This document shows positions 43,002 through 52,977 of a DNA stretch of 64,000 nt, piece by piece. A model generated the notes under the pieces. That model was given only the letters and a program-made list of their open reading frames with translations. It had not been told where the DNA came from and did no database searches. Location of the stretch: contig CAWJMY010000001.1 of NCBI GenBank assembly GCA_963844155.1, forward strand, positions 692,200-756,199, given 5' to 3'. How positions within the stretch are numbered: position 1 is the first letter of the stretch; each line of letters opens with the position of its first letter. This DNA is from an uncultured Solirubrobacteraceae bacterium (GTDB taxonomy: Bacteria > Actinomycetota > Thermoleophilia > Solirubrobacterales > Solirubrobacteraceae). Position numbers and translations under genes: made by a program.

Positions 43002-45558
43002 ATGCCGATGGTCGGGTACACCGTGCGATGCGCCGCGAGCGTGTCGCCTCAGACGGAATCGAGCCCGACGTTGCCCCACACCGCGCCGCCCTTCCCCAGC
43101 ACGCACGCCTGCCCGCCCGCCGACCGCACCGCCCCGGACCCTGACGGCGCCGCGTGGGCAGCACTCCACGCCCACGCCCGGGACGCCTCCGAGCGTGCGC
43201 CGCTCGCCCACCTGGTCGTCGAACACACGGGCACGAGAGCCGGGTCACGGACGCCGACTCCCGGGCGCACCAGCTGCTCGGCCGTCCTGACGGCGCGCTC
43301 GTCGGCCGCTGCCTCGAAGAGCTCGCGCACTGGCAGGACCGTCGTGTGCAGACCGACGTCCTGCACGAGATACTCGCGCAGGCGCCCCGTCACGGGGAGT
43401 GGCGCCTGGTGCGGGGCGACGGGAGCGTCGTCTGGTGCCGGGTGTCCGGCTGCGCCGTCCCCGACGCGCCCGAGGCGCCGCGCGCCGTCCTCGTCCTCGA
43501 CGACGTCACGGAGCACAAGCGCCAGGAGGAGGCGCTCGCGCGGCGCACGCCGCCCTCGACGCGGCCGTGGTCGGCATCGTCCAAGTCGACCTGTCCGGGA
43601 TCAGCCGGACCGCGAACCAGTACGCCGCACGAGCCACGGGCCATGCCCAGGCCGACCTCGTCGGCCTGCCGTGGACGGCCATCGTGCATCCCGACGACCA
43701 CGCGGCTCTGGAGCGCGGCCTGGCCGAGGCCACCGGGGACGAGCCCGCGTCGGTCGAGGTCCGGGGCCTGCGCGCCGACGGGTCCTGGTTCGACGAGACG
43801 GTGGTCGTCAGCCCCAGCCACGGGGGCGACGGCGCGCTCACGGGGCACTTCCTCTTCTTCCGTGACGTCTCCGAACGGCGCAGCACGCAGCGGGCGCTCG
43901 AGGCGGGCAAGGCCCGCTACCAGCCACTGGTCGAGACCGCCGACGACCGACGCGGCGGCGCCGCGTTCTTGCTCGTCTCGGAGGAGCTCGCCGACACGCG
44001 AGCTGCGACGGCCTGCGCCCAGCGCATCCCGGCCGCACTCCGCGAGCCGTTCGCGCTCCCCGTCGGGACCGTGGGGGTCACGGCGAGCGTCGGCATCGCG
44101 GTCGCCGACGCGGACGGCACACGGGCCGAGGAGCTCTTCGCGCCGGCCATGCGCGGGGACTTCCGGGAGGAGCTCTCGCTGGAGCAGGACCTGCGCCACG
44201 CCGTGCGCAGCGGGGCGCTCGACCTCCACTTCCAGCCCAAGCTCACCCTGCCCGACGAGCGCGTCGTCGGCTTCGAGGCGCTCGTCCGCTGGGACCACCC
44301 GTCGCGGGGACCCGTGCCCGCGACGGCGTTCATCGCGATCGCGGAGCGCTCGGACCTCATCGTCCCCCTGGGCCGCTGGGTCCTGACCGAAGCGTGCCGG
44401 CAGGTGCGGCGGTGGGGCGACCACGAATGGGCCCGCGTGGCGGTCAACGTCTCCGCCCGGGAGCTCGAGCAGACCGGCTTCGTGGAGCGGGTGGCCGAGA
44501 TCCTCGACGAGACGGGCGCGCCCGCGGAGCGGATCGAGCTGGAGATCACCGAGACCCTCCTGTTCCGCGAGGACCCTGCCGAGACGGCGACCACCCTCCA
44601 GCGCCTGGCGGACCTCGGCGTGCGGGTCGTCCTCGACGACTTCGGAACCGGGTTCTCGTCCCTCAGCCACCTCGCCCGCTTCCCGCTGGCCGGGCTGAAG
44701 CTCGATCGGCTCTTCGTGTCGGGGTGCACCTCGGCCGACGGCACCGAGCGACCCATCGTCGAGGCGGTGACGGCCATGGCCCAGGCGCTGGGGCTGACGC
44801 TGGTCGGAGAGGGGGTGGAGACCGTCGAGCAGGGCCTCCTGCTCGCCTCGTTGGGGTGCGACCAGGTCCAGGGCCACCTGTTCAGCCCGCCGATGCCCGC
44901 GGATGCGGTCGAGTCCTGGATCGCTGCACGCCCCAAGCAGCTCTTCGCCGTCGCGTCGCCCATCGCGCCGGGCACCGCGGCCGGGTGGATCGGGCTCGGC
45001 GAGGCTGCGACCGCGCTCGGGGTGTCGGCGAGCACCCTGCGGCGCTGGACGGACGAGGGCCGCATCACGGTCCAGCGGACCCAGGGCGGCCACCGCCGCT
45101 TCCACGTCGCCGACCTCAAGCGCCTCGGGCCGGCCGCGAGCCGCCCGCGTCTGAACCTCTGCGGCGCGCCCGCCGGGACGACGCCGCGGCTGGCGGCCGT
45201 GCTCGAGGTGCACGGGCCACAGATCGTCGAGCGGGTGGTGGGCCGGATGTACGACGGCCCGACGCGCGGCTGGTTCGCCGACGACCGCGCGCGGGGGGCC
45301 GTCGCGCGCTGGCTCGGAGCCCTGGCCGCGGCCTGCCGTACCCCGGACTTCGAGGCGGCACGTCGGGACACGGTGGCCCTGGTCCGGACGGCCGAGGTCG
45401 GTGGGGCGTCGCTGCTCGAGTGCGAGACCTTCGTGAGCCGCATCGGTGCAACGACGCTCCAGGTGCTCCAGCTCGACGCGGGCGCGGACAGGGAGGAGCT
45501 CCAGGACGCACAGCGCGTCATGGCGACCGTGCGCCACGCGCTGCTCGAAGGACGATGA
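43002..45558 (+). CDS. PAS-PAS-(truncated GGDEF)-EAL-HTH protein, paralog of 31413..34843 (5' part frameshifted, start uncertain)
   Basis: HWQDR, DGSVVWCRVSG, FFRDVSERR, GGAAF, EALVRW, DDFGTG, then in frame LGEAATALGVSASTLRRW...GGHRRF. Confidence 0.8.
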
Positions 45559-45584
45559 GTCGATCGACCCCGTCTGCGACGGCG

Positions 45585-46618
45585 TCACCCGGGCGACGGG
45601 CTGGCTGCAGGGTCGCGTGGTGACCCGACGCCGGGCATGACGACGTCGGCGAAGGTCGCGACCACCGCCGGATCGAAGTGCGATCCGCTGCACCGCACGA
45701 GCTCGTCGAGCGCCTCGGACTCCGTGATCGCCGGGCGGTAGGGCCGCGGGGAGGTCATCGCGTGGAAGGCGACGCAGACCGAGATGACGCGGGCGCTGCG
45801 CGGGATCTGCTCGCCTGAGAGCCCATCGGGGTACCCGTCCCGTCGTAGCGCTCGTAGCAGGACCGGATGATGGCGGCCGCGCGGACCAGGCTCGGGGCAG
45901 CACCGACGATCCGCTGCGCCAGCAGGGGGTGCTCGCGGATCCGGGAGCGCTCGGCGGCGGTGAGCGGCCCGTCGGTGCCGAGCCCGACCAGGCCGACGTC
46001 CTGCAGCTCCGCAGCGCGGATGAGCTGCTCGAGCTCCCCGCGCTCGAAGTGCATCCGCCGGGCGATCGCGACGGCGTTGGCGACCACCGCCGTCCGCCGG
46101 ATGGCGCAGCCCTGCTCCGCGCGCTCCGTCAGCAGCTGGAGCAGCACATCTCGCACCTGGGCCTCGGGCGAACGGTGGTGGCCCGCGGCTCGCGCGGCCA
46201 GCCGCCGGAACGCCAGCCGCAGCGCCTCGGCGCCGTCCCCGGGCTCCCCGGGAAGCGCCACGCGCGCTTGCAGCATGGTCTCGCAGTAGCCGGGCAGTCG
46301 CTCGCGCAGCGCTGCCTCCAGCCGGGTCCCGACCGCCCCCTCCAGCACCCAGGGCCGGGCGAGGACGGCGATGGCACCCTCGCCCACCAAGTACCCCTGA
46401 CCGCCGAGCTCGCCGGCGATGCGCCGGACGGCCGCGCCGAGGGCTGGACCGGCGTCGGGACCCAGGACCCACAGGGGCATCGCCACGGGCTGGAAGGCAC
46501 CGAGGCTGACGACGTCGAGCACGCGGGGCCCGGGCCCCGGCTCGTCGAGGGCGCCGACGAGCTCGCCCGCGCCCGGGAGGCCGGTGGAGCACGTGATGGC
46601 GGTGGGGTGATGGGGCAT
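45585..46618 (-). CDS. Degenerate GGDEF plus HD-GYP-like protein (frameshift near 45838)
   Basis: GYPDGLSGEQIP, AMTSPRPYR, GSHFDPAVV; HD replaced by QD and HHER by CYER. Confidence 0.65.
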
Positions 46619-46759
46619 GGGTGTCCGATCGGCCTGGCGAGGGGCGTGCGTAGGGTCCTGATGACCCTCGGGAGGTTGGCCGTCGGTCCCGCAGACGGTG
46701 GGGGCACCTGACGACTTGCCCGGAAGGCGCTGGGACGGCCGGGGGACCACCCGACCGCC

Positions 46760-47902
46760 CTACGCCCGCACCGTCTCGCGCGCGGGACCGCCCCGGCCGA
46801 GCTCGAGGCCCACGTCGCGCGGCAAGTCGACCGGGAGGTCGTCGACCGCCCACTCCCACCCCCCGGCCGCACCCGGAGCGGCGCCGAGCCGGACAGCTCG
46901 GGCGTCGCGGCGAGGACGGCGTCGGCGCGGAACGGCGACCAGCGCGCCCGTGGCGAGCACTGCCGCAAGGACCGCGAGGCCGGCCGGCGGGCCCAGGCGG
47001 CGCAACGGCCCGGCCGGCGGAGCGACGCCCGTGAGACGCCGCAGCTCCGCGAGATCGCCCGCACCGAAGCTGACGGGCTGCTGGACCCGGATCGCAGGCG
47101 CGCCCGACGGCGTGATCGTGCCCGTGACCCAGTAGGTGCCGGGAACCGGCGGGGTGCCCCGCCACGACACGGCGTGGGTCGCCCCCGTGCCGGGCAGGAT
47201 GCCGGCAAGCTGAGCGCGGTGGTGGCCGAACCAGCGGCCGTCGCCCGCGATCCTCAGGTCGACGGCGGTCCTGCCGACGAGCAGGTTGCCCGTGTTCCGC
47301 AGGCCCACGTCGACCCGGCTGCCCGTGACGTCGGCCGCGAAGGAGACCTTGCCGAGGGCCAGCCGCCGGACCGCCCGACCCGGGAGGATGACGTGGACCG
47401 GGAGGGCCACGCGGGTCAGCCGACGTACGGGCACGCCCGACGCCGGCGCAGAAGGGGCCGGGACGGTTCGCCGCAGCGTGCGGCGGTCCACGCCGACGAC
47501 TCCGGCGTAGTGCGAGCCGGGGGTGGCGTCCCCCGGGACGCGGAGGGTGAGGTGGACGGTCCGCGCGGCGCCACCGGGCAGGCGCACGTCCCGCGTGGGG
47601 AGGTCGAGCCACCGCCCGGGTCCCCGCGGCGCCGCAGTCCGGAAGAGGGGACCGCCGCGACGCGCGGTGACGACGTCGGCCGCCTGCAGGCGCACCACCA
47701 GCGGGCGGCTCGTGCGGCTGCGCACGCGGACGGTGACGTGCACTGTTCGCCCCGGGCCGGCGGCGACCACGGGGTACCAGGCCCCTTGCGCTCCGGTGAG
47801 CACGAAGGGTGGGCGGGGCAGGGCCGTCGCCGGCGTCGCGGCGGCGCCGCAGAGGACCGCGACGGCGGTGGCCGCCGCGCAGCAGCACGCGGGCGTGCGC
47901 AT
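46760..47902 (-). CDS. Cell-surface protein, DUF916/WxL-interacting-like, with C-terminal TM anchor
   Basis: Signal peptide; VPGDATPGSHYAGVVG; LRNTGNLL; hydrophobic anchor followed by an Arg-rich tail. Confidence 0.55.
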   Translation of the reverse strand: MRTPACCCAAATAVAVLCGAAATPATALPRPPFVLTGAQGAWYPVVAAGPGRTVHVTVRVRSRTSRPLVVRLQAADVVTARRGGPLFRTAAPRGPGRWLDLPTRDVRLPGGAARTVHLTLRVPGDATPGSHYAGVVGVDRRTLRRTVPAPSAPASGVPVRRLTRVALPVHVILPGRAVRRLALGKVSFAADVTGSRVDVGLRNTGNLLVGRTAVDLRIAGDGRWFGHHRAQLAGILPGTGATHAVSWRGTPPVPGTYWVTGTITPSGAPAIRVQQPVSFGAGDLAELRRLTGVAPPAGPLRRLGPPAGLAVLAAVLATGALVAVPRRRRPRRDARAVRLGAAPGAAGGWEWAVDDLPVDLPRDVGLELGRGGPARETVRA

Positions 47903-47910
47903 CGGGCGGG

Positions 47911-48156
47911 TCAGAGCCCCGGGGACAACGTCGTCGTGATCGTGGTGACGTGGATCGCGCCCTCATCCGCGCCGGCCCCGGGTCGAGACGGCCGCGGGGG
48001 CGAGACCTCGACCAGGACGTCCCAAAGGACCCCAGAGCTCGAACCCACGCTCCCCGTGACGACTTGCCCCCGCCCCGCGCCCGCCTGCGCCACCCCGGCC
48101 CAGGGCAGGATCAGGGCGGCGGCGAGAGCCGATGCCTGCTTCGTGCGACGCCTCAT
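47911..48156 (-). CDS. Short secreted peptide, possible WxL-domain remnant
   Basis: GGAGG RBS; signal peptide; ends in VTTITTTLSPGL, similar to WxL C-termini. Confidence 0.35.
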   Translation of the reverse strand: MRRRTKQASALAAALILPWAGVAQAGAGRGQVVTGSVGSSSGVLWDVLVEVSPPRPSRPGAGADEGAIHVTTITTTLSPGL

Positions 48157-48408
48157 GTCCTCCGGCTTCGGCGACCCATGGGGACGCGGTGAGCGCCTGG
48201 TGCATTCGAGCGGCTCGTGGCAGCTTCGGGACAGGTCGTGACGCCCGGGGAGCGCTTCGGAGCGCCGAGGGGCCTCACGCTCGCCCAGGATGCGTCGAGC
48301 GGGCGGACCCTCGCGGAGGAGGACGTGGAGGTCGCGGCGGACCGGCCGCCGCATCGGCCTGGCCGTCGCCCTCGCCTCGCCGCGCGCGACCCCCGAGGCG
48401 GCGCCCGC

Positions 48409-48783
48409 TCAGCCGTCGCGGCGGCGCGAGAGGTCCAGGGCGATGATCGCGCCGGAGGTCGCCGAGGCGATCACGGCGGTCCGCAGGGGCAGCTCGCCGC
48501 GCCGGTGCCCCCACCACCACGCGGCCTGGTCGAGGAGCTGGACGGGGAGGAAGGCGTCGCGGGCGGTCGCGTCCCCGCGTGCGGCCAGGGCGCTGATGGC
48601 CGCGGTCCGCACGGCCATGAGCCGCCAGCCGAGCACGGCCGCCCCGGAGACGTCGGCGCGCGGGATGCCGAAGAGGCCGAGCAGGGGGGCGGGGGCGAAC
48701 GCGGCGCCGGTCGCGACCGTCGCCCCGATCGCCGCCATGGCGGTCGTGCGGCGGTCGGGGGTCGCTCGGGCGGGGCGGGGCAT
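48409..48783 (-). CDS. Hypothetical membrane protein
   Basis: 124-aa hydrophobic ORF with an RBS-like GAGGAG upstream. Confidence 0.55.
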   Translation of the reverse strand: MPRPARATPDRRTTAMAAIGATVATGAAFAPAPLLGLFGIPRADVSGAAVLGWRLMAVRTAAISALAARGDATARDAFLPVQLLDQAAWWWGHRRGELPLRTAVIASATSGAIIALDLSRRRDG

Positions 48784-48876
48784 GCGGGCTCCTCGGCGTC
48801 AGGGTGGGGGCGGGCGGGCCGAACCTACCGGTGCCCGAACCGGGCGGGCTGGACCCGCGGGGCCGCAGCGGCGACG

Positions 48877-49662
48877 ATGGCGGGCGTGCCCGGCCACCTG
48901 CTCGTCCGCCGTCCCTCCCCGCGCCTGGCGGAGGGCGAGGTGACCCACCTCGAGCGCAGTCCCGTCGACCCGGGACTCGCGCTGGAGCAGTGGGAGGGCT
49001 ACGTGGCGGCGTTCCGCGCGCGCGGGTGGACCGTCACGGAGGCCGAGCCGGTCGACGAGCACCCAGACGGCGTCTTCATCGAGGACACGGTGGTCGTCTT
49101 CGGGGACCTCGCGGTGCTGACGAGCCCGGGTGCGGCGTCCCGGGTGGGCGAGGTCGCCTCGACGGAGCGCGCGCTCCGGGGGCTCGTCGCGCAGGGCCTC
49201 GAGCTCGAGGTCGCCCGCATCGCGCCGCCGGGCCACCTGGACGGCGGCGACGTGCTGAAGGTCGGCCGCACGGCCTACGTCGGCCAGGGCTCGCGGACGG
49301 ACGCCGCGGGCATCTCCCAGCTCGCGGAGCTGCTCGAGCCCCGGGGCTGGACGGTCACCCCCGTCCCCGTCGCGAAGGTGCTCCACCTGAAGTCCGGCGT
49401 GACCGCCCTGCCCGACGGCACGGTCATCGGCTGGGAGCCCAACGTGGACGACCCCGGGGCCTACCCGCGCTTCCTCGGGGTCCCCGAGGAGCACGGCACC
49501 GCCGTCGTGGACCTCGGGGACGGCGCGGTGGTCATGTCCGACGACGCGCCCGGGACGGCCGAGCTGCTCGCCGCCCGCGGCCTCGGGGTCGAGCGGGTCC
49601 CGATCAGCGAGTTCGAGAAGCTCGAGGGCTGCGTGACCTGCCTCTCCGTGCGGCTGCGCTGA
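48877..49662 (+). CDS. ddaH: Dimethylargininase (DDAH)
   Basis: PDGVFIED, HLDGGDVL, LHLKSG, EFEKLEGCVTCLS. Confidence 0.9.
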   Translation: MAGVPGHLLVRRPSPRLAEGEVTHLERSPVDPGLALEQWEGYVAAFRARGWTVTEAEPVDEHPDGVFIEDTVVVFGDLAVLTSPGAASRVGEVASTERALRGLVAQGLELEVARIAPPGHLDGGDVLKVGRTAYVGQGSRTDAAGISQLAELLEPRGWTVTPVPVAKVLHLKSGVTALPDGTVIGWEPNVDDPGAYPRFLGVPEEHGTAVVDLGDGAVVMSDDAPGTAELLAARGLGVERVPISEFEKLEGCVTCLSVRLR

Positions 49663-49665
49663 GGC

Positions 49666-50709
49666 TCAGGAGCCCGAGCGCTTGCTCCGGCCGGGCAGGC
49701 GCTCGACGAGGCGGCCGAGCGGCACGACGGCGACGCTGAGCTGCTGCGCGGAGTCCTGCAAGGAGCCGACGCTCCCGCTCAGGTCGTCGAGGGCGGGCTC
49801 GAGGCGGCCGAGCTGCCGGCCGAGGCCGGGGAGGTCGCGGGTGGACTCCGCGAGCTGCTCGAGCGAGCTGGCGACCGCCGCGAGCCGCTCGAGCGCGTCG
49901 GCGACCGCGGCCAGCCGCTGGAGGGACTCCCCGAGCGTCCCGAGGGTGCGCAGCGTCTCCTCCAGCGCGCCGAGGCGCTGCAGCGTCTCGTCGAGCTCGG
50001 CCAGGCGCGCGAGCGTGACGGAGAGGTCCGAGAGCTGCGCGAGGGGCCCGTCCTCGGCCACGAGCCGCTCGACGCCGCCGTCGGGCGCGAGCAGGCGGTC
50101 GACGGTCCCGTCCTCCTCGAGGACGCGGCTGAGCATCCCCGTCGGGTCGACGAGCCGCTCGATCGTCCCGCCCGGGGCGAGCATCCGCTCGACCAGTCCG
50201 CCCTCGGCGAAGAGCCGCTCGAGGATCCCGTCCTCCTCCAGGACGCGGTCGAGCAGCCCGCGATCGGCCGTCAGGCGGTCCAGCGGCCCGTCCTCGGCCA
50301 GGAGCCGGTCGAGCGGGCCGCCCTCGAAGAGCAGCCGGTCGATGACGCCGTCGTCGGCCAGGAGCCGGTCGAGCGCCCCGCCGTCCCCCGTGAGCCGGTC
50401 GACGACCCCCTCGTCCGCGAGGAGCCGGTCGAGCGGCCCGCCGGCCGCGAGCGCCCGGCCGAGCGGCCGGTCGTCGCTGGTCAGCTGCGCGAGCTGCTCG
50501 ATGCGGGCGAGCGGGCCGTGCGGGTCGCCGAGCCGCGCGAGCTTGTCGAGGGCGCCGTCCTCGGCCAGGAGCAGCTCGAGGCGCTCGTGGTAGCCGCCCG
50601 GGCGCCGGATCGGGCCCTGGGGCGCGACGACGTCGCGGACGCCGAGGACGAGCTCGGCGCCGGCGATCGCGACGCGGGCGGGCAGCAGGGCGAGGCTCAG
50701 GAGTCCCAT
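49666..50709 (-). CDS. Decapeptide-repeat helical protein
   Basis: Starts MGLLSLALLP; about 14 GxLDRLLxxD repeats followed by a coiled-coil-like tail. Confidence 0.75.
   Translation of the reverse strand: MGLLSLALLPARVAIAGAELVLGVRDVVAPQGPIRRPGGYHERLELLLAEDGALDKLARLGDPHGPLARIEQLAQLTSDDRPLGRALAAGGPLDRLLADEGVVDRLTGDGGALDRLLADDGVIDRLLFEGGPLDRLLAEDGPLDRLTADRGLLDRVLEEDGILERLFAEGGLVERMLAPGGTIERLVDPTGMLSRVLEEDGTVDRLLAPDGGVERLVAEDGPLAQLSDLSVTLARLAELDETLQRLGALEETLRTLGTLGESLQRLAAVADALERLAAVASSLEQLAESTRDLPGLGRQLGRLEPALDDLSGSVGSLQDSAQQLSVAVVPLGRLVERLPGRSKRSGS
50040..50470 (-). repeat. 30-bp degenerate coding tandem repeat
   Basis: gagccggtcga-like units recur every 30 bp. Confidence 0.8.
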
Positions 50710-50775
50710 CGCGTCGCAGTCTCCCCGTTCGGCCCGGGCCGCGCCACGGGCCCGCCGTACGCTGGGCCGAGCGCC

Positions 50776-51510
50776 GTGGAGCTCCTGACCGCCAGCCACC
50801 CCGAGGACCCCGCGCTCGACATGGCCCTCACCCACGCGCTGCTCCGCGGCGTCGCGGCCGGCCGTGCGCCGGACACCGCGCGGGTCTTCCTCCCCGGGCC
50901 GTCCATGTCGTTCGGCCGCCTCGACGTCCGCCGCCCCGGCTTCGGGCGCGCCGCCGCCGCGGCCGCCGCGCTCGGCTGGGAGCCCGTCGTCCGGCTCGGG
51001 GGCGGCCACGTCGCGGCCTACGACGCGGGCTCGGTCGTCGTGGAGCTCGTCACCGCGACCCCGCCCGGGAGCGTCGGCATCCAGGAGCGCTTCGCGTCGG
51101 GGACCGCGCTCCTGGTCGGCGCGCTGGCCGACTGCGGCGTCGACCCGGAGGTCGGCGAGCTCCCGGGCGAGTACTGCCCCGGGCGCTGGAGCATCCACCT
51201 GCGCGGCGGCCCGAAGGTCGCGGGCGCCGCGCAGCGGGTCGTCCGCGGCGCGGCGCTCTTCACCGCGGTGGTCGTCGTGGAGGGCGGCCCGCGCATCCGG
51301 GAGGCGCTCGTCGCGGTGCAGGACGCGCTCGGCGTCGCCTGGGATCCCGCGACGGCCGGCGCGGCGGAGGACGGCGCTCCCGGCCTGCGCGCGGCCGCCG
51401 TCGCAGCCGCGCTCGTCCGTCGTCTCGACGCGCCGCCCGCCGAGCCCTCCCCGACGCTCCTGGCGGCCGCGCGCGAGCTCCGCGCGGAGCACCTCGCCCA
51501 CGCCGCCTGA
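50776..51510 (+). CDS. Lipoate-protein ligase (BPL/LplA/LipB family)
   Basis: VRLGGGHVAAYD, GEYCPGRWSI, KVAGAAQR. Confidence 0.85.
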   Translation: MELLTASHPEDPALDMALTHALLRGVAAGRAPDTARVFLPGPSMSFGRLDVRRPGFGRAAAAAAALGWEPVVRLGGGHVAAYDAGSVVVELVTATPPGSVGIQERFASGTALLVGALADCGVDPEVGELPGEYCPGRWSIHLRGGPKVAGAAQRVVRGAALFTAVVVVEGGPRIREALVAVQDALGVAWDPATAGAAEDGAPGLRAAAVAAALVRRLDAPPAEPSPTLLAAARELRAEHLAHAA

Positions 51511-51543
51511 CCGGCCCAGGGTCCCCTCCGCGGCGCGGCGGGG

Positions 51544-52149
51544 TCAGGCGCCGGCCGGCGCGAGCAGCCGGTCGACGACCCGGCGCGCGCGGTCGAACGC
51601 GGCCGGGTCCCGGAGGAGCCGCGAGGCCCAGTTCGCGCCCATGACCGCGGCGTTGAGCTCGAAGGCGAGCTGCCGTGGATCCGTTCCCGCGGGCAGCGCG
51701 CCGGCCTCGCGCGCGGCCTTCGCCTCCCGGCCGAGGACCCCGAGCCAGCCCGCCATCGTCGCCGCGACGGCGTCGCGCACCGCGCCGGGGCGGTCGTCGA
51801 ACTCGAGCGAAGCGGCGGTGAGGAAGCAGCCGCCGGGGAACGTGCCGCGCTCGAGGTGGGCGAGCCAGGCGTCGCACAGCGCGCGCAGACGCGGCAGCCC
51901 GGGCGCGGCGCCGGCGGCGGGCGCCCACACCTCCTCGGTGAAGATCGCCACGGCGGCCTCGAGCGCCGCGAGCTGCAGCTGCTCCTTCGTGCCGAAGTGG
52001 CGGATGAGCCCGCTCTTGCTCATGCCGACGCCGTCGGCGAGGCGGCCGATCGTCAGGCCCTCGAGCCCGTCGGTCGACGCGCTCTGCACGGCGACGTCGA
52101 GGATCGCCGCCCGGGTGCGCTCCGTGTCCTCCTGCGTGCGACGAGCCAT
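51544..52149 (-). CDS. TetR family regulator
   Basis: GLEGLTIGRLADGVGMSKSGLIRHFGTKEQL; PGGCF. Confidence 0.92.
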   Translation of the reverse strand: MARRTQEDTERTRAAILDVAVQSASTDGLEGLTIGRLADGVGMSKSGLIRHFGTKEQLQLAALEAAVAIFTEEVWAPAAGAAPGLPRLRALCDAWLAHLERGTFPGGCFLTAASLEFDDRPGAVRDAVAATMAGWLGVLGREAKAAREAGALPAGTDPRQLAFELNAAVMGANWASRLLRDPAAFDRARRVVDRLLAPAGA

Positions 52150-52162
52150 GGCCCGTCACTTT

Positions 52163-52190
52163 ACAGAACGAACGATCGTGCTCTATGTTG
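52163..52190. promoter_or_regulatory. Putative TetR operator and divergent promoter
   Basis: AT-richer intergenic region with palindromic core ACGATCGT (52172-52179) next to a TATGTT -10 box. Confidence 0.5.
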
Positions 52191-52196
52191 CGCCGC

Positions 52197-52973
52197 ATGA
52201 ACGCGCGCCTCCTCGGCTGGTCCGGCCTGCAGCTCGACGCGGACGGCCACCGCCTCCTCATCGACCCCTTCGCCGATCCCGGGCCCTTCGGCCCCTTCCT
52301 GCACGGCCCGAGGCCGGAGCTCCTGACGCCCGAGGGCCCGGTCGACGCCGCGCTGCTCACCCACCTGCACCGCGACCACGCCGACGCCCCGACCCTCGCC
52401 GCCGTGCTCGCGCCCGGCGCGCCGGTCCTCGCGCCGGCCTTCGCCGAGGGCCCCGGGCACGAGGGCATCGCCGGGCCCGAGGCCGAGCTCGCCGCCGCCG
52501 GGATCACCCCGCGGCGCATGGCTCCCGGCGACACGCACGAGGTCGGCCCGTTCACCGTGACCGCGGTGGACGCCGTGGACGGCACGGGCGACCCGCAGGT
52601 CTCCTGGGTCGTGGAAGCCGGCGGCACCCGCATCCTGCACGGCGGCGACACGCTGTGGCACGGCGCGTGGTGGCGCATCGCCCGGGAGCACGGGCCCTTC
52701 GCCGCCGCGTTCCTCCCGGCCAACGGCGCCCGGCTCGCGTTCCCGTGGATGACGCCCGCCGCGGACGTCCCTGCCTGCCTGACCCCGGAGCAGGCCGTCG
52801 CGGCGGCCCGCGCGCTCGGCGCGGCGGAGCTCGTCGCCCTGCACCACGGTGTGCTCGAGCACCGCCAGGCCTACCGGCCGGTCCCCGACGTCCCGGCCGC
52901 GCTCGCCGCGGCCGCGGCGCCCTACGACTACCCCGCCCGCGCCGGCCTGGCCGGGGAGGAGCTGCGCTGGTGA
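52197..52973 (+). CDS. MBL-fold metallo-hydrolase (UlaG-like)
   Basis: LIDP, THLHRDHAD, HGGDT, LHHG. Confidence 0.88.
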   Translation: MNARLLGWSGLQLDADGHRLLIDPFADPGPFGPFLHGPRPELLTPEGPVDAALLTHLHRDHADAPTLAAVLAPGAPVLAPAFAEGPGHEGIAGPEAELAAAGITPRRMAPGDTHEVGPFTVTAVDAVDGTGDPQVSWVVEAGGTRILHGGDTLWHGAWWRIAREHGPFAAAFLPANGARLAFPWMTPAADVPACLTPEQAVAAARALGAAELVALHHGVLEHRQAYRPVPDVPAALAAAAAPYDYPARAGLAGEELRW

Positions 52974-52977
52974 GCGC

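Noticed and set aside
27770-48240. Island as a prophage, ICE or transposon
   Set aside because: No integrase, transposase, tRNA target or terminal repeats were recognised; the excisionase-like HTHs are domains of regulators.
50040-50470. 30-bp periodic repeat as a CRISPR array
   Set aside because: The units are contiguous, degenerate and in-frame coding, with no unique spacers.
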